From assembly GCA_049841135.1 (NCBI GenBank), contig JASGHK010000002.1, forward strand, positions 863,116-927,115: a DNA stretch of 64,000 bases. Reading direction: 5' to 3'. A program made the translations under genes and the position numbers. Below are positions 8,912 to 20,800 of this stretch, piece after piece; the stretch's first letter is position 1, and each line of letters starts with the position of its first letter. Below the pieces are notes generated by a model. The model saw only the letters and a list, made by a program, of their open reading frames with translations, made no database searches and was not told where the DNA came from. This DNA is from Myxococcales bacterium (lineage in GTDB: Bacteria > Myxococcota > Myxococcia > Myxococcales > UBA5297).

Positions 8912-9699
8912 GGGTCGACGGTGTGCCCACCCGACGCGTTGGGGTGCAGGCCATGACGGGGCGCCCCGAGAGATGCAGCGAGCAGGCGGGAGGCTGTCGG
9001 GCCGGCTTCACGACTTGGCGACTTCGGCCTCGGGGCTTCTTGGATGCCGCCTTCGACCCGGAAGTCAGCCAGGCAACGCCCAGGACCGAGAGTGGGGCCG
9101 CATTCAGGGTCGCGAGCAGCGCAGGCCGGCCTTCACAGCTCGAGCGCCAAGACCACCGCGGCGCCCGCCGGGCGCCAGCCCTCGGCGAGCTCGGCGATGC
9201 CCTTGCTGCCCTCGGTGGCGATGGCGTCGGTGAGCGGGGCTGCCTTCGCGCCACTGGCCGTACCACACGCCCTTGTGCGGTGATGCCACAGGCTTGCGAC
9301 GCCGCCGTGGCTCTCCCCAGCGAGGTTGAGGATCTTCTCGCCGGCGAAGCAGCGTTCCGCCTTCCACGTCCCAGTCGCGACCTCCAGGGGGCTCGAGGAG
9401 TGGTAGACGCAGGAGTCGGCGGCGTTGACTTCGCTCTCCACGCTGGCCCAGAACGAGGCGTCGCTCTCGACCCTGCCCGGTGACGTTTCGCAGCTGGCCG
9501 TTGCCGATCATCGTGCCCGGCGCCGGCAAGCTCGGCATCTACCAGCCCCAGCATCCGCTGGCGCACGCAACCGAGCCACCTGCACTCCCGACCGCATCGA
9601 TGGTCGCCTCGGCGGTGCTCGGAGCTACTGAAACGTCACCGCGGGGCAAGCCCTCTGCCTACCTCGCGCGCCGAAGATCGGCATGGCGGGTGGGAAGCC

Positions 9700-10074
9700 T
9701 CAGTCGCGGGCGATCTGCGCCTGGTCGAGCCGCGCGTACCCGACGGCCTTCAGCCGCTCTGCCAGCTCGGCGGGAGCGGGCCGCCCTGCGAAGGCCTGTT
9801 CGAGGTCCTGGTGGCTGATCTGGTCGGCCTGGTCTCGGTCAGCGCTCGGGTCGGGGCGCACCAGGACGAAGTGGTGCACCTTGCGGCCGTCGTCGGTGGC
9901 CCGCAGGCAGGCGATGGAGGGCAGGAAGCCCAGCGACATCTGGTAGCTGCCGGCGATGAACTCGAAGGGGCCTTTGGCTGGCGAAGCGCTGGCGGAGGGC
10001 CGGGCGCTCCCGCAGCACCGCTTGTACTTGCGTCCGCTGCCGCAGGGGCAGCGCTCGTTGGGGCCGGTGGTCAT
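9700..10074 (-). CDS. SEC-C motif domain protein
   Basis: ATG at 10072-10074 inside ORF 9700..10551. The N-terminus MTTGPNERCPCGSGRKYKRCCG is the SecA-type C-terminal metal-binding (SEC-C) motif. Confidence 0.8.
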   Translation of the reverse strand: MTTGPNERCPCGSGRKYKRCCGSARPSASASPAKGPFEFIAGSYQMSLGFLPSIACLRATDDGRKVHHFVLVRPDPSADRDQADQISHQDLEQAFAGRPAPAELAERLKAVGYARLDQAQIARD

Positions 10075-10120
10075 GGCTTCTTGCGGCCTTTCGCGCGCAC
10101 GTTGCGATGCCCGCAACGAA

Positions 10121-10146
10121 GAAGCCCCCGATTCCTCGGGGGCTTC
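10121..10146 (-). terminator. stem-loop just downstream of tRNA-Phe
   Basis: GAAGCCCCCG-attcct-CGGGGGCTTC forms a perfect 10-bp GC-rich stem 5 nt past the tRNA 3' end. The following U-tract is weak (ttcgtt). Confidence 0.55.
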
Positions 10147-10151
10147 TCGTG

Positions 10152-10224
10152 TGCCCAGGGACGGAATTGAACCATCGACACGGGGATTTTCAGTCCCCTG
10201 CTCTACCATCTGAGCTACCTGGGC
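10152..10224 (-). tRNA. tRNA-Phe (anticodon GAA)
   Basis: The reverse complement GCCCAGGTAGCTCAGATGGTAGAGCAGGGGACTGAAAATCCCCGTGTCGATGGTTCAATTCCGTCCCTGGGCA folds as a cloverleaf. Acceptor GCCCAGG/CCTGGGC, D arm GCTC/GAGC, anticodon arm GGGGA-CTGAAAA-TCCCC, T arm GATGG-TTCAATT-CCGTC. CCA is not encoded. Confidence 0.95.
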
Positions 10225-10294
10225 GAAACGGCGGCGCATATTCGTAAAACCGCTCGACTCTGTCAAGCGGGAGTTCACGCCATCCCCTGCTGCC

Positions 10295-11720
10295 CTACCT
10301 GCACACCGAGGCATCCAGCGCGCAGGCGCGTCTGCGATAGCGCTGAGCAGTCGCGACGTCGCCCACCGCGCGAAAAGTGTCCGCGACGGCATCGCAGCCC
10401 TGCGCAGCAGCCACGCGCGAGCCGTCCTTCGCAGAGCATGCGGCAAGGAGGAACTCGAGCGCTTCCTCCCGAGGCTTGCCTTCGGCCACCGACATGCAGC
10501 GGTCCGCGTCCCCCGCCTTGCAGAGGCTCTCCCGGTCGCGAGGCCCGCCAACGGGCCTGCGCAAGTTGGCTCTGTTGGCCTGCACCTCGAAGCTCTGGTC
10601 GTACTCGATTCCCGAGTTGGCCATCGGGGTGCACGATCCGGACAGCCCGACGATGCGCGGCTGGCCAGCCAGAGTCGCGCGCTCGAACTTGCTGACGGTA
10701 ATCGCGCTCGCCCCGATGAAGAAGACGAGGAGCCCGCGCTTTCGCTGTCCCTGGAACTCGACGTAGCCGGCCTTCTTGCTCAAGTCGGTGAGCACCAGGT
10801 CGGAGTCGAGATTGCTCGGGAGCCCGTCACCCTCGACGTCGAGATGAATCGTCTTCGGAGTCTGTGAGTTGAAGTTGCGGAACCACCAGCGGGCCACGGC
10901 AGGTTGAGACTCGAGCAGCTCCATGCCGTCGCTGAAGGCGCCCAACATGAAGTAGCTGGAGATGTCACAGCGAAGGGCTTCCGGTCGCACCGCCGGGGTC
11001 CACGCCGGCGGCACTTCTTCCGGCTGCGGCATGGCGGAACCTGGAATGCGCTTCCCCTCGAGCAGCGCCGTCACGTGCTCCGCGGGCACCGCGAAGTTCA
11101 AGTTCTGGCCGGTCTTGACGGAGTAGGTCGTCACGCCGATCAGACGGCCCTGCCCGTCGAACAGCCCACCTCCGCTCGATCCCCTTCGAGATGGGCGCGG
11201 AGGTCTGCACGCCAGTCGCCGGCCCCTCTTTGCGCACGCTCGAGACGAGGCCGTCCGTCAACGACAGCTCCAGGCCCTGGGGCGCCCCGATGGCGTACGC
11301 ACGCTCGCCCACGGTCAGGAGCGAGGACTCGCGCAGGGCGACCGCCGGCCGCTCGAGCTCCGCAACCTTGAGGATCGCCAGGTCATGCTCCCGGTCCAGG
11401 GCATTGAGCGTGGCTGGCCAGGACCGCTTCCCCTGCTTGACCGTAATCGACGCTGCGCCCTCGACGACGTGCGCGTTGGTGACGATCAGATCCTTGCCGA
11501 CGACGACTCCGCTGCCCAGCGAGGTGCCTTCCTTGACGGTCGCCAGCACGACCAACACCGAAGGCGCAGCCCGCCCGAACACCACTGACGGCTGGAGGTT
11601 CTCGTCGGCCGCCGAGAGCGAGTCCTTCTTCTCCGCCACCGAGCTCGACCTGGGGGCGCCCGAGTTCGGCCCGGTCACGGGGGCCGCCGCCAGGGTGGCC
11701 AGCAGTACGAGCAGGTACAT
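10295..11720 (-). CDS. secreted trypsin-like (S1/HtrA-type) serine protease with unique C-terminal domain; apparent +1 frame break at 11184-11190
   Basis: ORF 10965..11753 supplies the signal peptide (MYLLVLLATLAAAPVTG), the His block (LIVTNAHVV) and the Asp block (DLAILKV). The Ser block lies in the frame of ORF 10295..11134, which is open upstream of its listed GTG. Removing one base of CTTCGAG (11184-11190) gives ..TSAPISRGSSGGGLFDGQGRLIGVTTYSV.. Confidence 0.75.
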
Positions 11721-11825
11721 CGACGCCCTCCTCTTGTCGCAAGCCTCCCCCACGCCTTCGCCGCGGCAAGCCTACCTGAATGGCCGGCCCCGCCCTCGGC
11801 GAGGCCGGCCAACCAGCTCAAGGGC

Positions 11826-14800
11826 TCACTGCCCCGCCTCGATCGCCCCGCCGATCCCCAGCGTGAAGTACCCGAGGGTGGAAGTGCTGATCTGCGGGAA
11901 CGCCGCGAACATGAACTTGGACGAGTTGCCCGCCAGGATGGGCCCCCCGAACATCGAGTCCGCCGGCAGGTTGCCGTTCTGCGCCAGCGTGTACGTCGTC
12001 CAGTGGTCCGTCCGCTCGCAGCCGCCGTAGCAGACCGCCGCCTTCACCATCGAGGCGGTCTCGTAGAGCACGTACGTCGTCCCGCCGCTGCGGAACACGT
12101 TGGAGGTCGCGACCGGCTCGGCCAGCGACTCGACGGGCGTCGTCACCCAGTCGTCCAGGTCGTCGCAGCCGGTCGCCCCCACCTTGCAGGAGCTGACGTA
12201 CAGCGTCTGCCAGATGGTGTTGGGGATGGAGGCCGAGCTGACGACGTCCAGGGTGTCGGCGGAGGTGCTGTAGTCCATCGAGTTGACGATGGGCAGGCCG
12301 TAGTAGTGGCTGCGCCAGTCGTAGGTGGCGAAGTTGCCGGCAGCCCCACAGCCCGTGCTCCACGAGCAGTGGTTCATCTTCCGGCCGCCCACGAAGAACG
12401 GCGGGTTGGGCGGAGCCGCCTGCAGGAAGAACACCTCGGTGGGGGTCGCGACCGCATCGGTCCCCTGCCAGATGCCCTCCTCCGCGCAGCTGCTCGACCA
12501 GGAGACGTCCTTCCAGCTCGCGCTGTTGCTGCAGCTCCCCGTGCAGGTGATCGAGTGTGTCATCGAGCTCGACTGCACCGCCGCCCACTTCTGTCCCGAC
12601 GTCGTCGACACCACAGCCGAGCCGTCGAGGTTGCGCAGCCAGAGGATGTCGTTACCCGAGGTGTCGAACGTCTGGTCGACGATGGCGTAGATGGTGTCGA
12701 GCCCCGCCGTCGTGTTCGACCCGCTGCTGAGCACCGCGAAGCCGCCCCGCACGACCATCCCGATGACCTTGTTGGTGAGGAGCTGGGCCACTGTTCCCGA
12801 GACCGTCAGGCTCGCCCCCGCGCCCGCGGCCCTCGTGAAGTCGGTCAGCGCCACCGACGGGACGATCTGCCGCTCGAGCTCCCAGGTCACGTTGCGCGGG
12901 TAGCTGATGCTGAAGGCGGTCGAAGCGCCGTCGAGCTCCACGAGCGTGAACGTCTTGCTCGGGTCGGTCCCGGTGATCGAGGTGATCCGGTACGCCCCCA
13001 GGTCGGCCGGCACCGTGCTCGCGGTGATGCGCACGATGTCCCCGACCGCCGCCAAGGCCACGGTGATGTTCGGCTGGAAGGTCGTGGCGCTGACGACCCT
13101 GCCGGTCGTGGTGCCGTTCGAGATCTTCTTGGGATCCGCCGAGCAGAGCGAGAGGTTCATCCGGCTCGTGTTGACCAGCGCCGGGTCGAGCGAGAAGACC
13201 GGATAGTTCGTGGTCAGGTTGACCGCCGTCCAGCTCCCGGAAGAGGCACAGCTCCCCGCGTTGCCGGTGGTGCAGTAGAGCACCGCGGTGCCAGTGCCGC
13301 CGGTCGACGTGCCCAGCACCAGCGCGTCCGTCCCCGAAGCGCCGTGCGCCATGATCGTCCCCACCGGCACGCTGGTCAGCTGGTAGAGGTTGGGCAACCC
13401 CGACCCCTGCGCCGTCCAGTTCGCCGGGTTCTCGCACCCGCCCGTCGCCCAGCCGGTGGTCGGGCAGTAGTGCACCAGGAAGTTCTTCGAAGCGTCGCGG
13501 TGGATGCCGACCACCGGGCCGGTGTTGTCGGTGTCGGCCATGACCGAGAGGAGCGGGCGCATCGTCAGGGCCATCTCGGTGTTGGTCCCCGGGGCGGGGA
13601 AGCCCGAGAACTGGCGCACCTGGAACTCGCGCGAGGTGTCCGAGAAGGTGTCCTGCCGCAGCGCGTTGCCGACGTAGTAGGAGGAAGTGACCGCCGAGGC
13701 GCCGAGGTCCAGGCTCGACACCGCCGCGCCGACGTTGGTCGTCGACGAGTAGTTCCCCGGTGCCTTTCCGCTGCGGACCATGTAGCCGGTCGCGTCGCCC
13801 ACCGAGCGCCACTGCAGGTGGACCTGGTCCTGCGCGGGGCCGGCGAAGAAGCGGCCCGGCACCGGCACCTGCGCGCCCACCAGGGTGGGGCTGATGGTGT
13901 AGGTCGGCGCGAACAGGATGAAGGGGTCCGAGTCCTTGAGCACCATCTGGCCGAAGTTGCCGAACGTGGTGGAGACCCCCGCCGCCAGCAGCTGCGGGTA
14001 GATGGTGCCGCTGCGGTACTCGTTCCAGCTCGAGGCCTTCGTGCAGTCGTTCGCGGTGTCGCAGGAGGCGAAGTACAGCTTGTTCGCCGCGCCCCACGCC
14101 AGGTTGAGCGTTCCGCGGCCGTAGGCGAAGCCCACCGGGTCACCCGCCGGCCCGCCGGCGAGGATGAACGGGTACTCCGTCCAGCTCGACGCCCCCGGCG
14201 TCCACCGGGCGAGCGACATCGTGGCGCCCTCCCGGTAGGCCACCCAGAAGTTCGTCCCGTCGCTCGTCAGCCGTGGCGCGCTGGCGCCCGACGAGACCGC
14301 GTAGGTGGTGAAGTCGGTCCCCAGCTGGCAGTTGCCGGTGCCGGTGGCGGAGGCCGTGTTGCAGACCTCGACGTACAGGTTCGCCGAGGTGTCCACCTCC
14401 GCCAGCAGGACGTGGTTCTGCGCCGTGTAGAGCCTCCACCGAGTCGTTGGCGGCGACCGTCCGGTGCGCGACCGGCGTCCACTCCGCGGGGACGACGCAC
14501 AGGCCGAAGGCCCCGTTGCACACCGCGGTGTAGGCGGTGCGCACCGAGCCGCTGCTGCGCGCGTAGGAGACGATGACGCGCTGGCCGTCCCAGGCGACCT
14601 TGGTGGGCACGTCATGGGCCAGCGGGTTGGGGTCGATGACCACGCTGCCGCCCCAGTCCGAGGCGTGCGAGCAGGTCGGGTAGTACTGCAGGTTGCAGCC
14701 CTGGAAGCGCAGCGAGTCGTACTGGGTATTGGAGGCGCCGGTGTTGTGCCCGTACACATGGTAGAGCTGCGGCTCCGCGAGCACGCCAGGGGCCACGTAC

Positions 14801-17800
14801 GCGAAGCTGCCGGCGAGCGGACCCGGGTTCTCGGTCGTGGGGGTGATGGTGTCCACCTCCCAGTTCTGGCTGTAGGTGCAGTCGAAGTGCTTGGTGTCGC
14901 AGCTGTAGAGCTGCGTCACGTACTCGAAGCCGTAGGTCGGCTTGGCACAGGTGAGCCCGGTCTCGACGTTCACCCCGAGGTAGAGCACGTCGTTGTGCTC
15001 GAAGAAGGCGTTCGAGTAGTGGAAGAGGGCCCGCTGGGCCGAGGGGTAGGTGTAGTAGAGCGGCGCCCCCAACTGGCACGTCTCCTTCTGGTTTGCCGGC
15101 CCCGCCGAGATCGCGTCCAGCCCCGCGGAGATCCAGCCCGGCACCGCCTCGGCCACCGACCGGTTGGAGGCGACCTTGAGCCCCGCGCCGTTCACCGCCC
15201 GCACCTCGATGTCGTACGGGCGGAAGTTGCGCAGCCACGGCAGCACGTAGGAGGTCCCCGCGACATCGGCGGCGTGGGTGGGGTTGACGAACTGCTTCAA
15301 GGTCGGCGCGTACCAGACCTCATAGCGGTCGATGCCCGACTCCGGGTCGAACGCCGCGCTCCAGGAGAGCCGCGCGATCTCCGACTCCGCGACCGGCGTC
15401 GCCAGCACCGGCGCTCCGCCGGTCGTGGTGCCCGGAGCGGTCGAGTCGAAGCGCACCGGCACCGAGATGGGGAAGGGGGTGACGTTCAGGGCGGCGTCGC
15501 GCACGCACAGCGCCACCACGCCCGTCACGCTGGTGGTCACGCCGGTGACGGTGGCGCTGGTCGCGTAGGCCTTGTAGTCGGCGTCCAGGCAGAGGTTGCC
15601 GCAGAGGCTGGGCGCGGCGAGGTCTGCCTTGAGGCACTGCGTCAGAGTCGGTGACAACGCGTCGCTCGCGGCGAGCGTCACGTCCACCGCGGACGCGTTC
15701 ACGTACCGCTTGTCGGCCGCGAAGGAGGTGACGGTCGGCGGGGTCGTGTCCAGCGTGACGCCGACGCTCTGGGTCGCCTCGCGCCCTGCCCCGTCGCGGA
15801 TCTTCGCGTAGACGATCTTGGCCCCGTCGCCGGCGGAGAGGACGAAGGGCACCGACGTCTGGTACGGGACCCAGCTCGCGCCATAGAAGGCCGAGTCCTG
15901 GGACAGCATCATCTGCAGGATCGAGCCGGGCGGCGGGTCGGTCGCCGTGAGGTTGACCGTGACGCTCGCCGACTTGGTCCAGGCGGAGGTCGGCGCCGAG
16001 GTGGTGTTGACGAGCAGCGAGGTGATGGTGGGCGCGTCGAGGTCGAGCTTGATGCCCGCGTTCGCCTGCACCGTACGGCCCGCGCCGTCCCGGACGCACA
16101 GGTAGACCGTGTGCGCCCCCGCGGTGTTGGTCAGGTTCCAGGAGGCGTAGCTCGCCTGGAAGCTGCCCCACGGCAGCCCGCCGGAGCTGCAGTCGGGCGG
16201 CGTGTCGTTGACCAGCGCCATCTGCACCGCCGAGCACGCGGTCGTCGACAAGGTCAAGTCCACGGTCCGGCTGGCGGTGTAGCTCGCCCCGCCGTTGATG
16301 GAGATCGACGCGGAGGGCGCCGCGGTCGCCACGGTGGTCGAGAAGCGGAAGGCGGCGGTGGTGTTGTACGCCGCGTCGCGGAACTCGGCGTTGATGCTCT
16401 TCGCCCCTTCGCCGGGGGTCAGCGTCACGGTCGGCGCGGCGGCGTAGGTGATCCACGCGTTGACGCCGGCGGCGGAGCTGTTGACCTCGGTGAGGTCGCC
16501 GCTCAGGCGCATCTGCAGCGGCGAGGTGTCGACGACGGTCAGGGTGAGCGCCGGCTTGCTCGACGCCGTGCACGCCGCCACGGTGGCGGTGGTGACGGTC
16601 GGCACCACGGCGTCGTAGACGATGGAGCTCGACGGCGCGGTGGGGGTCACCCGCCCCGCGGCGTCCTTGAGGCAGACGAAGACCGAGCAGGTCGAGCCGG
16701 AGGAGCAGGAGAGCGTCCAGAGGTTGCTCGCCGTGAACGGCAGCCAGTCGGTGACGGAGGAGCAGTCGGGCGAGCTGTGGGCGAGCTTGATCGACACGAC
16801 GTCGCTCGCCTGCCCGGTGACGTTGACGGTCACGTTGGGCGAGCCGGTGTAGCCCGCCTGCCCGGAGCCCACCACCGACACCGTCCCCGAGGGACTCGTC
16901 AGGTCGACGGTGATCGTCGCCTTCAGCGGCGTGGCCGTGAAGTTGCCGGCCGCGTCCTTGAGGCAGACGGCGACGACGTGCGGACCCTCGGCCAGCGAGT
17001 AGGAGGAGTTGACCGCCACGAACGGATCGTAGGTCGCGGTCGCGCAGCTCAGCGCCCCGTCGGCGACGACCTTCATCTGCGTCGCGCCGCTGGCGTCGAA
17101 GGCGGTGATGGCGAGCGGCACGGTGCTCGAGGTGCTGTAGGCCGCGCCGCCGGCCAAGGTGAAGTAGCCGGTGGGGGCCACGGTGTCGACGGTGACCGAG
17201 TCGGTGTAGGTCGTGGTCTGGTTGCGCGCGGCGTCGCGGAAGATGACGTTGACGGTCTTCTTGCCGTCGCCGGCGGTCAGCGTGATCCCCTGGCTCGCCG
17301 AGTAGGTCATCCAGACGTTCGGCGAGCCGCCCGCCACCGCGGCGACGTCGCCGAAGATGAGCATCTCGCTCGCCGTGCCGGTCACCGTGGAGGTGATCGT
17401 CGCCGAGAAGGACGAGGTGTACTTGCCACCGGCCAGCGCGAAGCTCGTCACCACCGGCGCCACGTTGTCGAAGTCGATGCTGTCGGAGATGAGCGTCGAG
17501 GTGCGCCCGGACGGCTTCTGCAGACAGGCGTAGACGGTGCAAGTGGTGCCCGAGGCGCACCCCAGGGTGTGAGAGAAGCTCGACTGGTAGGAAGCCCAGG
17601 TCGTCAGGTTGCTGCAGTCGAGCGCGGCGTTGGAGACCGCCATCGAGGCGACCCCCGCCGAGGCGGTGAGCGCCGCGGTGACGGTGGCGACGTTGGTGTT
17701 GGCTGCGCCGCCCGCCAGGACCAGGGTCCCGCTCGGGGGCGTCAGGTCGACGGTGACGTCGTCGGAGCCCAGCGCCGCGACGTTGCCGGCGCCGTCCTTG

Positions 17801-20800
17801 AGGCAGCCGTAGACCGTGTGCGAGCCGTCGGTGTTCGGCAGCGCCCAGGCGCTGCGCACCGGCGAGTAAGGCTCCCAGGTGCTGACCGACGCGCAGGTGA
17901 GCGGCGCGTCGTTGGCGAACGCCATCCCCACCACGCCCGAGGCGTCGATGGCGGTGATCGCCAGGCTCGACGAGGTGGCGATGGCGTACGGGGCGTTCCC
18001 GTTGACCGTCAGGAAGCCTGACGGCGGGGTCTTGTCGAGCGTGATGGACGTGAACGAGAGGTCGGTCACGTTGTCCGCCGAGTCCTTGCACTTGATGGAG
18101 ACGTTCTTCAGGCCGTCGCCGGCGGCCAGGGTCACCGTCACCGGGCTGGTGGTGGCCATCCAGCTGTTGGGCGCTCCGCCGGACACCGCGGTGACGTCCC
18201 CGCCGATCCACACCTTGCCCGCGGAGTCGGAGGTGGTGATGACGCCGGTCACCGCCTCGGTCCGGGTGAGGGTCGCTCCGCCCGCCAGCGCGATCGCGCA
18301 CAGGGCCGGGGACGAGGTGTCGAGCGTGACCGTGGGGTTGGCGCCGAACGGGGAGGCCGAGACGTTCCCGGCCGCGTCCTGCGTGCACAGGAAGGCCTCC
18401 TTCAGGCCGTCGGCCCCCGACAGGTGCCAGCTCTCGTTGGCGACCTGGTAGGTGGTGACGCCGGCATTGGTGGTCGTCCCGATCACGTTGGGAGTCTCAT
18501 AGGTGGCGGTGGCGCAGGAGAACGCCTGCGGCGACCAGGCGACGCCCGCCAGCGGGGCCCAGGTGGTGGTCACCGACGCCTTGAGCACCAGGTCGCGGGT
18601 GCTCACCAGCGACTCGGCGGTGTTGTCGGTCTTGTCCAGGAAGAAGCCCAGCGAGCCCACCAGCGGCGGCGTGCGGTCGAAGTCCAGCGACTGCACCGGG
18701 TTCACGCCAGCACTCGCCGGGACCGCGAGGTTGCCGGCCGCGTCGCGCAGGCAGACGCGCACCGGCTTCGGGCCCTCGGGGTCCGTGGCCGACGAGGTGA
18801 CCGCCTTGACGCTCAGGTCCACCCCGGTCGACGCCGCTCCCGGCAGGAGCTGGTAGGAGCCGGAGTCGGTGGGGCAGGCCCCGCCGCCGACCACCAGGGC
18901 GTAGTCCTTCACGCCGCTGCCGGCCTCGGTCCCCGAGAGCACGTCGCGGGCGACGACCGCCACATGCAGGTACGGCCGCGCCTCGGTCAGGTAAGGCGGC
19001 GTGTTGGCGGGATCCACCGACTCCAGCTCGGGCGCCTGGCGGTCGATGAAGAGCGAGGAGTGCTTCCACTCGGTGGGCGCGCCCGACACCACGTAGCGCA
19101 GGTAGACGGTCACCGTGCCGCTCACCGTTCCCAGTTCGATGAGGGGCGGCGTCGAGGCGTCGAAGACCGTGATCGCCGTCATCGGCGTGTAGGTGGGCGA
19201 GAGCGACCAGTCGATCTCGGTCGCACCCTGCGGCGGGGAGATCTCCAGCCGCACCGTCGCGTTGTCGGCGTCGGTGCCGTGGCAGCGCGCGACGTAGGGC
19301 ACGCCCAGCAGCGACACGAGTTGCTTGTCGGCGCTGGCGTAGTGCTCGCAGTCCAGGAAGTTGAAGGCCCCCGTCATCTGGTCGAGGACCAGCATGCCGG
19401 CGTCGTAAATGCCCTTGGGGGGGATGGTGATGCCCGTCAGCTGCCTGGAGAGGAAGCCCTCCTTGGAGGCGGTGAGGGTGTAGCCGGTGTCGGCGGGGAT
19501 CTGCTCGACGCTGAAGATCCCGGAGTCGCGCGTCGCGGTCGCCCAGGTGACGCCGTTCTTCTCGACGCTGATGAGCACGCCGGCGCTCGACGCCGCGCCG
19601 GCCAGCGTCACCTTGCCGCTGACCGCTCCGCGGGAGCGCTCGAGCGTGACGGGCGGCAGCGCGATGGCCTGGCCCGCCCCGAGGCTGAACGGCCCGGCGA
19701 GCGAGGAGTCGTAGCCCGCCACGGAGACGGCGACCGAGTACGTCCCCGGCGGCAGGTTCGGGAAGGAGAAGGTCCCGTCGATCCCGGTGACGACGTTGGG
19801 CGCCGTGGCCGGGCTGCCATTGAGGTCCGCCCCCAGGAGCGCCGCCGTCGCGCCCGACTGGTTCCCGCTGGAGGAGAAGACGACGCTGCCGGAGAATCGT
19901 GGCGTCGCGCCGCAGCTTGAGCGTGCGCTCCTCGGGAAGCGCCGTGCTCGCCGGCGCCTCCTCGGCGCCGCCTGCCGGAACGACGGCCGGGATGGGCCCC
20001 AGCGGCAGGTAGTTCGCGGCGGCGGCCGTCAGGGAGTGCGGCCCGGCGGGGATGCCGTCGATGCGGTACTTGCCGTCCACGCCGGTCAGGCCCGTGAAGG
20101 ACGTCCCGGCGACGAAGATCTGGATGCCGCTGCCGTCGGTCCGGCCCTCGAGCGCCAGCGTCCCGAAGAGCGAGCCGCGCGAGAGCGCCAGGGTCTCGGA
20201 GGAGAGCGTCACCACGTCCCCGGCGTTGACCGAGACCTGCACCGTCTTCGAGTCGTAGCTCGACCGCGCGAGGAGCAGCGCGTGCGCCCCGGCGCCCACC
20301 GGCAGCACGAAGCGGCCCTGGTCGTCGGTGGTCACCGTCGCCCCGCCCGTCACCGAGACCGAGGTGCCCGCGAGCGGCCCCGGCGCGGACCCGCCGTCGG
20401 CGCCCACCCCGCCCGCGTCCGGCTCCGGCGTGCCCGCGTCCACCGAGTCCCAGCACGAGCTGCGCTGTGCCACGCCCTCCAGGAACACGCAGCCGCGCAC
20501 CTGCGCGGGAATCGCCTCGAGCTTGGCGAGCCCCAGGTCGAGCGTCTGGTCCGGCGAGACCGAGGTGGTGGGCAGGTCGACGGTCTTGTAGCCCTGCTTG
20601 CTCAGCTGGACCTCGTAGTCGGCCACGCGCAGGTTCTCGATGATCCAGCGGCCGGCGCCGTCGCTCGTCGTCTCTCCGGCGGGCCTGCTCTCTCCGGGGA
20701 TCGTCACCGCGACGCGCACCCCCGAGTGGTCCGTGCCGCCCTCGCCGAGCTGGACGGTGCCGCTGAGCCCACCCGTCTGCCAGTCCATCTTCACGGTCGG

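Noticed and set aside
8960-9699. Possible gene(s) between the HAF protein start and the SEC-C gene. An example is ORF 9133..9441(-), with a locally protein-like stretch CVYHSSSPLEVATGTWKAERCFAGEKILNLAGESHGG.
   Set aside because: There is no recognisable motif, no convincing start or signal, and neighbouring frames look like junk. It may be a decayed or multiply frame-broken gene, but I cannot support a call.
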